Shown piece after piece: positions 45,701 to 54,729 of a DNA stretch of 64,000 nt. Source of the stretch: Clostridia bacterium. Its GTDB lineage: Bacteria > Bacillota > Clostridia > Christensenellales > Borkfalkiaceae. Below the pieces are notes generated by a model. It did not search any database. It had not been told where the DNA came from and was given only the letters and a program-made list of their open reading frames with translations. A program made the position numbers and the translations under genes. Location: NCBI GenBank assembly GCA_021204825.1, contig JAJPYR010000052.1, forward strand, positions 550-64,549. Reading direction: 5' to 3'. Numbering within the stretch: the first letter of the stretch is position 1; every line of letters starts with the position of its first letter.

Positions 45701-48456
45701 CAGGCATTGAAATCAGCGCGGATTCCACATCAATCAATGTAGGAGACAGCACATCAGCAACTATAACCGTTACACCTTCAGCCCCGGATGACGCATCCTG
45801 GACTATCACTGTGACAGGTGATTCAAGTGCCGTGACATTATCACAGTATGCTGGATCTGGAGAGCAGACTATAACAATCACAGGCTTGGCAGAAGGCGAA
45901 GCGGTTGTTACTGTAACTTCCGGCGCAGAAGGCACTGTCTCTGATTACGTAAATATAACTGTTTCAAAGATATACGTTTCAGCCATTACAACCAGCTCTG
46001 CATCCGTAACTCTTACATACCAGGGAGAGTCCGAAACTGTAACAGTAACCGTAGAGCCTGCTAATGCAACAGACGGAACATGGACAGCACAGAGCAATGA
46101 TACTTCTGTTGCTACAATAACCTACGATTCCAGCAGCATAATCATCACTCCTGCAGGCGCAGGCTCCACAACAATAACCATTACAGCTGCAGACGGCAGC
46201 GGAGTAACGGCTGATATAGAAGTCAATGTAACCGTTGCAGTTTCCGGTGTATCCATAGACCAGGGAGATGACACGATTACACTTGAGAAAGGAAGCACAT
46301 TCACACTCACAGCAACTGTTACACCGGACAATGCAAGCAACAAGAATGTGGCCTGGTCTTCCAGCGATACAAGTGTTGTCACAGTAGAAGACGGCGTCAT
46401 AACGGCTGTGGCTGCCGGAACGGCCACAATAACCGTTAAGACAGAGGACGGGGAGTATGAGGACAGCATTGAAGTCCTCGTTCCCAACCATGTGACAGCC
46501 ATGGCGGTTACAGAGGATGACACAGAAGTGACCGATGTCTATGCAATTGTGGACGGAGAAGCAGTTGTGCTCACGGTAACCCTTACAGCCCAGGAAGATT
46601 CCAAACCCATTACTTATGACGGCTGGACGGCAGAGATTGTTTCCGGAGATGAGTACATCAGCATCAGGACAGTCAATGACAACATAAGGATAACGGGAGT
46701 TGCAGGCGGCGAGGCAACAATTACTGTCACCCCCAATGACACTGCCAATGTATCTGAAAAGACAATTACAGTAAAAGTCATACAGGCCTCCATAACAGGC
46801 ACTGAAAGCATCATCATTTACAGCGAAACAAACACAACAACACTGACCCTCAATCTGACCAACCTCACGAGTGAGGACATCACATCCGTAACATGGAACT
46901 CATCCAATCCGGAAATTGCAACGGTCGCCGGAAACGAAACATCTGCAACTACGGCAACAGTGACAAAGGCATCGGATGACCAGTTCGGATCCACAACCAT
47001 AACAGCAACAGCAGAAACAGCCTATGGAGATGTTACAGCCACATATGTTGTCTGCGTAACCGCCAATTACTTCTACCTGGCGGGAGTAAATCAAGATTCA
47101 TGGACCAGTGATTATGACTCTGCGGATGCGGCAAAGGAAGCAGGAGTTCTTCTTGAAGCATCCGATGACAATCCCTATGTATACAGTGTGACAATCCATA
47201 TCAGCCTGGATGAAACTCTTTATGGATTCGCAATATGCTTTGACGGCATGCCAGAAGATTACAAAGATATCTTCTGGGGCTATGCCATAAGGTCAGGTTC
47301 GGTATACTATGATGAAGCGCATTCCAGTGCAGAGTATGTAACCAGTTATGGCGATGATAACAACCTGCAGGTGACTGCATCCGGAGACTATGTCATAACC
47401 CTGGACTTCTCCGCAGGCGGCCCGGCTGTTCTGACCATCTGCCAGGCCGGCATAGATGTGAGTGAAGTGACCCTCACATTGACAGGCGATTCTGCATCTT
47501 TGAATTCAACAACCAACACCAGCGTGACATACACATATTCCGTAGGCCCTGCAGACGCACAGTACTCGAACGATGAAGTCAGCGTGGAGCTCATATCATA
47601 TGTGGACGGATGGGAGTCCTACATGGAGCTTGACACAGATTACACATCCAACACTGTAACCGTCATCTGCATAGGCGACCCTTACATGACATTCACCCTT
47701 ACGCTGGTTGTTACGATACAGGATGTGGAATCCAACCTTATGTACATCACTGTCAATGCCTCCTCCGGAACTGCAGTGTACATTGAAAAGATCACATATG
47801 ATGAAGATTCATACGCATACAATGTGAATAACGGTGGGAGCGCCTGGACAACTGCAGTGCATGCCCTTGCCACAGATGCAGAAGGCAATGTGGCTTCAGA
47901 TGAGACAGTGACATATGCGCCGGCAGCAGGCTATGAGGATTACATTACTGTAAAGACCACAAGCAAGGGAGGAGTTGTAACGGCAACAACGCTCGGCACA
48001 TTCAAGGTCACGGCAACATCCAACGGCGACAGCAGCATAACAGCGGATATTGAGGTAACGTTCTATTCCGACACGTTCTATCTGTATATCGGATCTACAG
48101 AATGGACTGAACTGGACCAGACAGCAACTACAATAGAAGGTACTAAAGTTGCTGATCTGGGCCTGACGGCGGCAGATTCCACTAACAAAGTCTTTACCGG
48201 AACATTCGACTTCACATCCACATATACAGATTCAGAATTCTTCATCCTGTACCTCGGATGGGCCGGATGGGGAGATGATGGCTTCACTGTAAATGGTGAC
48301 TTCCTTGACACGACAAACTCAAACGGCGCCTATGTGAATCCAGACGGCAGTGATGATCATTTCGAGGTTACTACGGCTGGCACATATACAATCACGATAG
48401 ACCTGTCCGGCACAGATCCGGTGGTAACTATCAACCTCATGTCATCCGACAACTGA
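39763..48456 (+). CDS. Giant (2,897-aa) lipoprotein-anchored surface protein: 2 Listeria-Bacteroides-type repeats, about two dozen Big_2-like Ig modules, 2 C-terminal CBM-like beta-sandwich domains
   Basis: Lipobox LAAGC at the N-terminus. FNGWTLYVDG-type repeats. Modules ...VTQLVTxIxAxESSVSLxLG...ATVxITVxPSDATNxAWTAxSSxxxVATV...GxGSITITAVAAGTATITIT...VTVTQLVT, with a canonical Big_2 at about 46237-46480 (LEKGSTFTLTATVTPDNASNKNVAWSSSDTSVVTVEDGVITAVAAGTATITV). No LPXTG, SLH or choline-binding motifs. Confidence 0.9.
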   Translation: MKRITKCIVALLFCVAIVCCALAAGCTLTNVKIYLEGEEGISFNTEEVETDTDGNAYISACRGCTYAVDAITSGCYTLDPGCHLEGWTLYVDDVKQEISGTETALTFEFKVNYGSTYTLKASVAPAETTDITLEGADGLTIQTQTISAIIDVPFSVSTIPDDAYTLEGDCTFNGWTLYVDGEETEMPDDGTFTPESGHTYVLKANTIIPVESVTVSQSAVSLTLGSDDVSKESASVTVSVTPDNASSKNWTASSSDTGVATVTESGEGNGSITITAVSKGNATITVTASDGSGKSADIEVTVTQLVTGISADASQAELPAGVSIECGITVTPSDATDTSWTASSADSSVARVSLDNDSFSESVTGTGDATLYINGEGIGETAITITSTDGNATYSISVTVVASETGFSITSYDDTLYVGGGTSAFAATMYFSDNSSRTSGFTWSSSDPSVATVNNYGEVTPVAKGTTTITASCLYEGETYTTAGVVVTVVQLVTEIKTSETSVSLTVNGSNNTAAITVSAEPSDADVQTWTAASSNESIATVSQSGDTITITAVATGSASIIIASTDGGAEAAVNVSVTNPISGISISSDLHEITVGSSTALDITVTPSDADETGWTISSNSDAVTLGTTSGAGTETVTVTGAKAGTAAITVISTADSNITASIEVTVVQLVTEITAGESSVSLILGGDEADTTADVTISITPDDASNKDWTATSDNEDVATATSSGEGDGSVTIKAVKAGTATITIASADGNARTTISVTVTQLVTSIEAGQSSVSLVLGTDDTANESATVAITVTPSDASDAAWTASSSDTGVATVTESGNGSGNLTITATAAGTATITITGTDANAKTATVQVTVTQLVTGFTLGEESVDLTLGGDSSLASTIVTVQVDPSDATNQEWTVSSDDTSVATVAKSGDNSGVVITAVKAGDATITITASDDGAVTATISVSVTQLVTKIEAASNYVELPVGETSITHTDEITTIEPSDASNMNWTATSNDTTVATVTPESGTGTGVSITITGVAMGEATITIGSEDGNVTYEITVKVVAAETAFSITSSTSTLYVDGDSSTFVATMYFSDGTSITEGFTWTSSDSSVATVEDGVVTPVAKGTTTITATYEYEDETFTVSNPIELTVEQLVTSIEAGENSVDLVLGGDSSLASATVDITVAPSDANNQAWTATSDNESVATVTASGEGTGSITITAVAAGTATITIKASDNGGETAIITVNVTQLVTSITADEDSVSLILGGDEDDASTTVAITVEPSNATNAAWTATSNDETVATVEYTGNGTGTVTITAVAAGTTTITITGLDANAKTTTITVTVTQLVTNITADETSVTLILGSSDTANESATVTITVEPTDATNAAWTASSSDTDVATVTGTGNGTGSITITAVAAGTATITITGADANAKTVAISVTVTQLVTEITASESSVDLILGSGDTANESATVTITVDPSDATNGAWTAESSNTGVATVEYTGNGTGSITITAVAAGEATITITGTDANAKTASITVNVTQYITGFTLGSDSVALILGGDADDATADVTVAAVPTDASNQNWTVSSSNTGVATVSKAGDDSYITITAVAAGEATITITASDNGAKTVIISVSVTQLVTKIEAEESSVSLTLGTDSTANESATVAITVSPDDASNAAWTATSDDEDVATVTSGGTGEGSITIKAVKAGTATITIASSDGNASTTITVSVTQLVTSITLEPSTDTDIIVGDTLDVTVMVGPEDVTDDSWTVSSGNDSVASITKNENGTFTITGATVSATPVTITVTAGDGSGVTAAITVTVVAREEGFSITTSTDTLYVDGDTFTFEAAMTFSDSTSITEGFTWTSSDSTVATVDSETGVVTPLASGTTDITATYEYEGTTYTTTAVTVRVIQLVTAIETSESEVNLTVNGSATVTISVTPDNADDQTWSAVSNSASVATVTDNGNGTITITAVSVGSTSIVIASTDQGAEAVITVVVTNPVTGIEISADSTSINVGDSTSATITVTPSAPDDASWTITVTGDSSAVTLSQYAGSGEQTITITGLAEGEAVVTVTSGAEGTVSDYVNITVSKIYVSAITTSSASVTLTYQGESETVTVTVEPANATDGTWTAQSNDTSVATITYDSSSIIITPAGAGSTTITITAADGSGVTADIEVNVTVAVSGVSIDQGDDTITLEKGSTFTLTATVTPDNASNKNVAWSSSDTSVVTVEDGVITAVAAGTATITVKTEDGEYEDSIEVLVPNHVTAMAVTEDDTEVTDVYAIVDGEAVVLTVTLTAQEDSKPITYDGWTAEIVSGDEYISIRTVNDNIRITGVAGGEATITVTPNDTANVSEKTITVKVIQASITGTESIIIYSETNTTTLTLNLTNLTSEDITSVTWNSSNPEIATVAGNETSATTATVTKASDDQFGSTTITATAETAYGDVTATYVVCVTANYFYLAGVNQDSWTSDYDSADAAKEAGVLLEASDDNPYVYSVTIHISLDETLYGFAICFDGMPEDYKDIFWGYAIRSGSVYYDEAHSSAEYVTSYGDDNNLQVTASGDYVITLDFSAGGPAVLTICQAGIDVSEVTLTLTGDSASLNSTTNTSVTYTYSVGPADAQYSNDEVSVELISYVDGWESYMELDTDYTSNTVTVICIGDPYMTFTLTLVVTIQDVESNLMYITVNASSGTAVYIEKITYDEDSYAYNVNNGGSAWTTAVHALATDAEGNVASDETVTYAPAAGYEDYITVKTTSKGGVVTATTLGTFKVTATSNGDSSITADIEVTFYSDTFYLYIGSTEWTELDQTATTIEGTKVADLGLTAADSTNKVFTGTFDFTSTYTDSEFFILYLGWAGWGDDGFTVNGDFLDTTNSNGAYVNPDGSDDHFEVTTAGTYTITIDLSGTDPVVTINLMSSDN
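41769..44884 (+). repeat. Most regular part of the intragenic array (~282-290-bp period, one Big_2-like module each)
   Basis: CAGCT(T/C)GT(A/G/T)AC (QLVT) module boundaries at 41769, 42050, 42340, 42620, 43172, 43457, 43742, 44027, (44312 variant QYIT), 44600 and 44884. Confidence 0.9.
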
Positions 48457-48522
48457 TTCCCAAAATAATACACGCCGGCATTCCGGACATGAATCCCGGC
48501 AGCAGCAAAACCCGTGCAGTAA

Positions 48523-48555
48523 TCCCGGCCTGGCAATCCAGGCCGGGAATTTGTT
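48523..48555 (+). terminator. Intrinsic terminator after giant gene
   Basis: TCCCGGCCTGG-CAAT-CCAGGCCGGGA followed by ATTTGTT. Confidence 0.75.
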
Positions 48556-48603
48556 ACGGAATCCTCAAGTCATCAGGTGATTTTGTTTGTCAAGCAAAAC
48601 CGC

Positions 48604-48632
48604 TTGACAGCTCTCATTTAAGGTAGTATACT
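48604..48632 (+). promoter_or_regulatory. Promoter of ylxM-ffh operon
   Basis: TTGACA, 17 nt, TATACT. Confidence 0.65.
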
Positions 48633-48666
48633 TGGTGTAAAGTAAAAGAACTTTACAGGCATCCGC

Positions 48667-49032
48667 ATGGACAAGTTGGAATTCATGAAGCTGTGGGATT
48701 TGTATCAGCCGCTGCTGACGCCCACACAAAGGGATATCACGGATCTGTACTTCAATCTGGACTTAACTGCCGCAGAGATAGCGGAGCAGAAGGGCATTTC
48801 AAGGCAGGCTGTGTCGGAGTGCCTCAAGACCTGCAAGCAGCAGCTCGCGGACTTTGAGGACAAGCTTCAGTTTGCGGCCCGGATAAAGGAGATGGGCAGG
48901 GAAAAGGAAAGGCTTGTAAAGGACGTGGAGGAATGGAGGGAGAGCTTTGAAAAAGCTCATCCGGAGTATTCCCTAGATGCAGAGCAGCTGTCCGGGATTG
49001 TAAGGGGAACGGACAGAGGAACAGAGAAATAA
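48667..49032 (+). CDS. ylxM: YlxM/UPF0122 putative DNA-binding protein (SRP operon)
   Basis: LLTPTQRDITDLYFNLDLTAAEIAEQKGISRQAVSECLK. Immediately upstream of ffh. Confidence 0.9.
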   Translation: MDKLEFMKLWDLYQPLLTPTQRDITDLYFNLDLTAAEIAEQKGISRQAVSECLKTCKQQLADFEDKLQFAARIKEMGREKERLVKDVEEWRESFEKAHPEYSLDAEQLSGIVRGTDRGTEK

Positions 49033-49048
49033 GGAACGCAGGTGGCTT

Positions 49049-50386
49049 ATGGGAGCATTTTCCTCTCTCACAGAGAGACTTAACCATATATTCTCCAAGC
49101 TCACAAAGAGGGGCAGGCTTACGGAGCTTGAGATAAAGCAGGCGATGCGTGAAGTGCGCGTGGCCCTTCTGGAAGCGGATGTCAACGTGCAGGTTGCAAA
49201 GAAGTTCTGCGCGGATGTGTCTGAGAAAGCCGTAGGCCAGGAGATTCTGAAGAGCCTCAACCCCTCACAGCAGGTCATTGCCATTGTAAGGGATGAGCTT
49301 GTTTCTCTCATGGGCTCCAAGAACCAGAAGCTCAACATTGCCAGCAAGCCGCCCACGGTCATAATGATGTGCGGCCTGCAGGGCGCCGGCAAGACAACCC
49401 TTTGCGGCAAGCTTGCAGTGCTCCAGAAAAAGAACGGCAAAAAGCCCCTTCTGGTGGCGTGCGACATATACAGGCCCGCAGCCATAAACCAGCTGCAGGT
49501 TGTAGGCAAGAACGCAGGAGCTGAGGTCTTTGAAAGAGGCACGCAGAACCCTGTAAAGACCGCCAAAGAGGCCGTGGAGTATGCAAAGTCCTACGGATTT
49601 GACCCCGTCATCCTGGATACAGCCGGAAGACTGGAGCTTGACGAGCCCCTTATGAAGGAGCTGGAGAACATAAAGAACGCCGTGGATGTCACGGAGATAC
49701 TGCTTACTGTGGACAGCATGATGGGCCAGGTGGCCGTGAACGTGGCGAAGACGTTCAACGAGAGGCTTGAGATAACGGGCGTTGTGCTTACCAAGCTGGA
49801 CGGAGACACGAGAGGCGGCGCATGCCTTTCCATAAAGGCCGTGACAGGCAAGCCCATAAAGTTCATAGGCGTTGGCGAGAAGCTCACAGACCTGGAGCCT
49901 TTCTACCCGGACAGGATGGCAACGCGCATACTTGGAATGGGAGACGTCCTCACGCTCATAGACAAGGCGCAGGAGGCAGTCTCTGAGCAGCAGGCCAAGG
50001 AAATGCAGAAGAAGATGATGGAAAACACCTTCACCCTCGAGGATTACCTTGTCCAGTTTGAGAACCTCAAGAACATGGGCGGCATGCAGAACGTTTTGAA
50101 CATGCTTCCCGGCGGAAACAAGATTAACCCCGGGGACATAGATGAGAAGGCCATAGAGCGCACGAAGGCCATCATCCTTTCCATGACCAAGCAGGAGCGC
50201 ACGGATCCGTCCATAATCAACGCCTCACGGCGCAAGCGCATAGCCGCCGGCTCCGGCACAACAGTGCAGGACGTGAACAAAGTCCTCCGCCAGTTTGACC
50301 AGACCAAGCAGCTTATGAAGCAGATGAAGAACGGCGGCAAGCCCGGCAAGCCCAACAACAAGACAGTGCGCCGCATATACCGCTGA
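49049..50386 (+). CDS. ffh: Signal recognition particle protein Ffh
   Basis: GLQGAGKTT, DTAGR and TKLDGD GTPase motifs, with a Met-rich M domain. Confidence 0.95.
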   Translation: MGAFSSLTERLNHIFSKLTKRGRLTELEIKQAMREVRVALLEADVNVQVAKKFCADVSEKAVGQEILKSLNPSQQVIAIVRDELVSLMGSKNQKLNIASKPPTVIMMCGLQGAGKTTLCGKLAVLQKKNGKKPLLVACDIYRPAAINQLQVVGKNAGAEVFERGTQNPVKTAKEAVEYAKSYGFDPVILDTAGRLELDEPLMKELENIKNAVDVTEILLTVDSMMGQVAVNVAKTFNERLEITGVVLTKLDGDTRGGACLSIKAVTGKPIKFIGVGEKLTDLEPFYPDRMATRILGMGDVLTLIDKAQEAVSEQQAKEMQKKMMENTFTLEDYLVQFENLKNMGGMQNVLNMLPGGNKINPGDIDEKAIERTKAIILSMTKQERTDPSIINASRRKRIAAGSGTTVQDVNKVLRQFDQTKQLMKQMKNGGKPGKPNNKTVRRIYR

Positions 50387-50632
50387 TGCCCTTGCCGGAG
50401 CAGCCTGTGCACGGGCCGCAGGAAAGCCTGCCGGTCCTGTGCGGGCATCTTCCAAAGGGACCGGACACAGGTCACAGCAGCCGCAAACGAGGCATTTATA
50501 CGCACTTAAAGCCCCTTGCAGGGCACACAGACAGCCGTCTCCGGACGGCTCCGGGCCGCCTCCGGCGGCAATTCCAAACAGGCAGAAATTTTAATTTTAT
50601 ATAGCCGCAAAGGCAAAAGGAGTAACTTTATT

Positions 50633-50929
50633 ATGGCAGTTAAGATGAGACTTACCAGAATGGGAGACAAGAAGAGTCCGTTCTACCGCATCGTGGTAGT
50701 AGATTCTCACAAGGCACGTTCCGGCGAGTACCTTGACAAGATCGGCTCATATGACCCTCTTACAGAGCCCGCAACAATCGTCCTGGATGTGGAGAAAGCA
50801 AAGAAGTGGCTTGCACAGGGAGTGCAGCCCACAGAGACCGTGCGCAACATTCTCGTAAAGCAGGGAGCTATGGAGCCTTCCGCAACGCCTTCCGTGCCCA
50901 AGACGAACAACAAGAAAAAGAAGAACTGA
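50633..50929 (+). CDS. rpsP: 30S ribosomal protein S16
   Basis: MAVKMRLTRMGDKKSPFYRIVVVDS. SD AAAGGAG. The upstream 39 aa of the track ORF are rejected. Confidence 0.95.
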   Translation: MAVKMRLTRMGDKKSPFYRIVVVDSHKARSGEYLDKIGSYDPLTEPATIVLDVEKAKKWLAQGVQPTETVRNILVKQGAMEPSATPSVPKTNNKKKKN

Positions 50930-50971
50930 TCCGCCATACGCCATGCCTGCATGGCCGGGAGATGATGCATT

Positions 50972-51220
50972 ATGGAAAACAACACGCTTGAACTTGTAAA
51001 GTATATAGTGGGAGCATTCGCAGAGAAGGCAGACGAGGTAGAGTACACCGTTGAGGAGAAGGATGCCGTAGTGGAGATATCCGTCTACCTTGCAGAGAGC
51101 GACATGGGCAAGGTCATAGGCAAGCAGGGAAAGATTGCCAAGGCCATGCGCACTCTCGTAGCCGCCGCAACACCCCGCAACGCAAAGAAAACCATCGTGT
51201 CCATAAAGGAGAAAGCCTGA
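50972..51220 (+). CDS. khpA: KH-domain RNA-binding protein (YlqC/KhpA-like)
   Basis: MGKVIGKQGKIAKAMRTL GxxG KH motif. Conserved position after rpsP. Confidence 0.85.
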   Translation: MENNTLELVKYIVGAFAEKADEVEYTVEEKDAVVEISVYLAESDMGKVIGKQGKIAKAMRTLVAAATPRNAKKTIVSIKEKA

Positions 51221-51549
51221 CGCCCGTTGGCGCATGCCTTCCCTTAACGGACACCCATATACAGCCTGCCCGCTTTTTTGCGGGCAATTGGATGCCACAC
51301 GAAGAGAGCCCCTTCCCGGGGGCAGTTCCTTGCTGTGGGCATTTGCATTTCTGCAAAAAAGACCCCAAAAGGGGGTCTTCCGCAGGGCCGCTCAGGCCGG
51401 AATTTTTTGCCGCATTGAACGGAGTACGAACTGTTGTTTGTACTTTTGCCCAAACGGCGGCAAATAAGCGTCTGAGCGCACCTGTATGCGCGCTTAAGGC
51501 GCATGCAGCGCCCCTTTGAAGGGCGCCCGGAGAAAATACAAGGTAACAG

Positions 51550-52050
51550 ATGAGTGAAGACAAGCTGGCCGTAGCCGCCGTACTGAAGCCCCAGGGCATA
51601 TGCGGGGAGATTAAGGTCAAAGTGTATCTGGACAATGCGGACAGCCTCAAGAAGGTCAGGAGGCTGTACATAGAGGGCAGGGAGTATGACGTCCTGCGCG
51701 TGAGAGGGGATGCCGACATGGCATACATAACCTTGAAAGGCGTGGCTGACAGGAATGCTGCCGAGCTTCTCCGCGGGAAAGAGCTGGAGGCAGAAAGGTG
51801 TGACCTTCCGGAGCCCCCGGACGGTTCATACTACATAGCGGACCTTCTGGGCTGCGAGGTTGTGTATGAGAGCGGGGAAACGGTTGGCACAGTGTCTTCC
51901 GTAGTGCCGTCCCGCACAACCATCTATTACCTGGACACCCCCAAGGGCGAAGTGTCCTTTGCAGCGGCGGAGGGTGTCATTCTGGACATAAACACAGAGA
52001 GCAGGAAGATAACGGTCTCAAAGAAGCGTTTCAAGGAAGTGTCCGTGTGA
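51550..52050 (+). CDS. rimM: 16S rRNA processing protein RimM
   Basis: VAAVLKPQGICGEIKV...YYIADLLGCEVV PRC-barrel pattern. Precedes trmD. Confidence 0.9.
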   Translation: MSEDKLAVAAVLKPQGICGEIKVKVYLDNADSLKKVRRLYIEGREYDVLRVRGDADMAYITLKGVADRNAAELLRGKELEAERCDLPEPPDGSYYIADLLGCEVVYESGETVGTVSSVVPSRTTIYYLDTPKGEVSFAAAEGVILDINTESRKITVSKKRFKEVSV

Positions 52051-52757
52051 AGATAACTATTCTCACCCTTTTCCCGGAGATGTTCATACCGCTCCGGGAG
52101 AGCATCATTGGCCGGGCCGTGAAGGGCGGAAAACTGGATATACAGACTGTCAACATCCGTGACTTTGCCGAAAACAAGCACTCAAAGTGCGATGACTATC
52201 CATTCGGCGGCGGAGCCGGGATGGTCATGATGCCCCAGCCCATAGGCTCCTGTTTCGATGCCCTTGACCCCTGTCACGAGGCCTATCACATCTACCTTTC
52301 CCCAAAGGGCAAGGTCTTCACGCAGTCCAAGGCCTTTGAGCTCCTTTCCCACGAGGATATCATAATGCTCTGCGGGCACTATGAGGGAGTGGACCAGCGC
52401 ATAATAGACCTCTACATAGATGAAGAGATTTCCATAGGGGACTATGTCTTAACCGGCGGCGAGCTTCCCGCCATGGTTGTATGTGACTGCATAGCCCGCT
52501 ATGTGGACGGCGTCCTCTCAGACGGCTCGCTTGTGGATGAGAGCATCTCCTCAGGGCTCCTCGAGTACCCTCAGTACACCCGTCCTGCAGAGTACAAGGG
52601 CATCAAGGTCCCCGAGGTCCTTCTTTCCGGAGACCACGCGAAGACGGATGAATGGCGGCACAGGGAGAGCCTCCGCTTGACACGCGAGATGCGCCCGGAC
52701 CTTCTTGGCCCTGCCGGCTCAGGTCCCAAAACGGACCCTGACGGCGGCGCCTTCTAG
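52047..52757 (+). CDS. trmD: tRNA (guanine37-N1)-methyltransferase
   Basis: The GTG start overlaps the rimM stop. ILTLFPEMF..., GHYEGVDQR, SIGDYVLTGGELPA. Confidence 0.95.
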   Translation: MKITILTLFPEMFIPLRESIIGRAVKGGKLDIQTVNIRDFAENKHSKCDDYPFGGGAGMVMMPQPIGSCFDALDPCHEAYHIYLSPKGKVFTQSKAFELLSHEDIIMLCGHYEGVDQRIIDLYIDEEISIGDYVLTGGELPAMVVCDCIARYVDGVLSDGSLVDESISSGLLEYPQYTRPAEYKGIKVPEVLLSGDHAKTDEWRHRESLRLTREMRPDLLGPAGSGPKTDPDGGAF

Positions 52758-52947
52758 CGCAAAACAGCGCATACATGAGCGCTTACAGCGCCTTATACGC
52801 TCCTTGCATGCGGCCAGTTCAGTACGGGCCCCTGTATGTCCGCAGCAAAGCCCATATGGGCTTGAACAGAGCCCATACAGATACAGCTACAGCGCCTTGG
52901 CGCGGATGCAGACCAGCGGGGATGAATGATTACGGGAGGGCAGTTAT

Positions 52948-53802
52948 ATGAAGACAATACAATGGTATCCCGGTCATATGACGAAGGCCATGAGGATGAT
53001 GGAAAGCAGCCTGTCCATAGTGGACGGGGTTATATTCATCCTGGACGCAAGGTGCCCGGCTTCCACATTCAACCCCAGGCTCAAGAAAATGGCAGGCGCA
53101 AAGCCTGTGCTGTACATTCTCAACAAGGCAGACCTTGCAGATGAGCGCGCGGACATACTGCTAAAGAGGATGCAGTCCCAGGGCGCAGAGGCCATAAAGA
53201 TCAACGCAGGAAAAGCGGCTTCAAAGCGGGATATAGAGGGGGCAATCGCACGCATAACGGAAGAAAAGCGCGCCCGCGCCGCCTCCAGGGGACAGTCCAA
53301 AGTCTTCCGCTTCATGGTGGCCGGCGTGCCCAACACCGGAAAGAGCACAATCATAAACCTGCTTGCCGGCACAAAGCGCGCGGACACAGGCAACAAGGCG
53401 GGCGTGACCCGCGGCAAGCAGTGGATTTCGTGCGAGGGGTATGATCTTCTGGACACCCCCGGCACAATGCCGCCTTACTTTGACAACCAGACCTTCGCAA
53501 AGCGGATGGCTTACATCGGCTCCATAAACGATGACATCCTGGACATGGATGACATAGCCTTAGGGCTCATAGAAGACCTCCAGCCACGCTATTTTGCACG
53601 CCTGAATGAGCGGTACGGCAAGGGAGAGGGCACTCCCCTGGAGATTCTGGACGCCGTATGCCGCTCCCGCGGATTCCTCATAAAGGGCGGGGAGCTGGAC
53701 TATGACCGCGGCGAAAGGGCCGTCATAGATGACTTCCGCAAGGGCCGCTTAGGGCGCATAACCCTGGACTCGCCCGAAGATGCGGACAGCATGAAATTCT
53801 GA
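52948..53802 (+). CDS. rbgA: Ribosome biogenesis GTPase A (YlqF)
   Basis: IQWYPGHMTKA, circularly permuted NKADL...GVPNTGKST...DTPG. Confidence 0.9.
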   Translation: MKTIQWYPGHMTKAMRMMESSLSIVDGVIFILDARCPASTFNPRLKKMAGAKPVLYILNKADLADERADILLKRMQSQGAEAIKINAGKAASKRDIEGAIARITEEKRARAASRGQSKVFRFMVAGVPNTGKSTIINLLAGTKRADTGNKAGVTRGKQWISCEGYDLLDTPGTMPPYFDNQTFAKRMAYIGSINDDILDMDDIALGLIEDLQPRYFARLNERYGKGEGTPLEILDAVCRSRGFLIKGGELDYDRGERAVIDDFRKGRLGRITLDSPEDADSMKF

Positions 53803-53819
53803 CATACGGGGAGGCATAT

Positions 53820-54524
53820 ATGAGCAAATCAAAGGCTCCCCACACACTTCTGGACCTGGACCCGGCCTTTTCCTCCGGAAAGCCTTCCGGCAGGACCCGT
53901 TCCAAGTCCGCACCCGTGGACAAGCTCATGATAGAGCATGAGCTGCAGGCCAAAGGCTGCAGGTACATATGCGGCGTGGATGAAGTGGGCCGCGGCCCCC
54001 TTGCAGGGCCCGTTGTGTGCGCGGCCGTAATAATGCCCCTGGATGAGGGGTCCATAATACAGGGCATAGATGATTCCAAGAAGCTCACAGAGCGCAGGCG
54101 CTATATACTCGCAGAGCAGATACGCTCAAGGGCGGTATGCTTCCGGATCGGCATAAAGAGCCCGCAGGACATTGACCGCCTGAACATCCTTGAAGCCACA
54201 AAGCTTGCCATGAAGGAGGCCATAGAAAGCCTCCCCATACAGCCGGACTTCGTCATAACGGACGGCAACATGACGCTGGACATTTCTCTCCCGCAGAGGT
54301 ATGTCATAAAGGGGGACGCCGGCAGCTACACCATAGGGGCTGCATCCATCCTTGCCAAGACATACCGGGATGACCTCATGACGAAGCTCTCTTCAAAGTA
54401 CCCGGAATACAACTTCGCGCAGAACAAGGGATATCCTTCCAAAGAGCACATCCAGGCCATCCTGGACCACGGCCTCTGCCCTGAGCACCGCCGCTCATTT
54501 ACGTCCAAATGGGCCGCGGACTGA
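53820..54524 (+). CDS. rnhB: Ribonuclease HII with ~45-aa N-terminal extension
   Basis: CGVDEVGRGPLAGPVV, DDSKKL, ...GYPSKEH. Confidence 0.9.
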   Translation: MSKSKAPHTLLDLDPAFSSGKPSGRTRSKSAPVDKLMIEHELQAKGCRYICGVDEVGRGPLAGPVVCAAVIMPLDEGSIIQGIDDSKKLTERRRYILAEQIRSRAVCFRIGIKSPQDIDRLNILEATKLAMKEAIESLPIQPDFVITDGNMTLDISLPQRYVIKGDAGSYTIGAASILAKTYRDDLMTKLSSKYPEYNFAQNKGYPSKEHIQAILDHGLCPEHRRSFTSKWAAD

Positions 54525-54729
54525 CACCCAATCCCGGGGAACCATACCAGAGCCGTGCACATACAGGCGCATGCATGCGCCCTGCGCCTAACCTGGCGCA
54601 TTCCAAGGCACTTTACGTGCCGCCACAACTTAAGAACATACGCGCAGCAGAGCGAAGATAAGGGGCTCTTCTGCAGGAACCATACATTACATATTATTAT
54701 AATACCAGGAATTGAGGGGGATACGGAGT

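Noticed and set aside
40293-46523. Very long antisense ORFs inside the giant gene (e.g. 41391-42635, 43458-44873, 42654-43421, 44886-45650 on the minus strand).
   Set aside because: They mirror the repeat period. Their low-complexity V/T/S/A-rich translations lack starts with an SD. They are a by-product of the codon composition of the plus-strand Big_2 repeats.
40390-47050. Regular ~285-bp periodicity that could superficially suggest a repeat array such as CRISPR or a satellite.
   Set aside because: The period is far too long for CRISPR, there is no repeat/unique-spacer alternation, and the whole region is one uninterrupted ORF encoding Ig-like modules.
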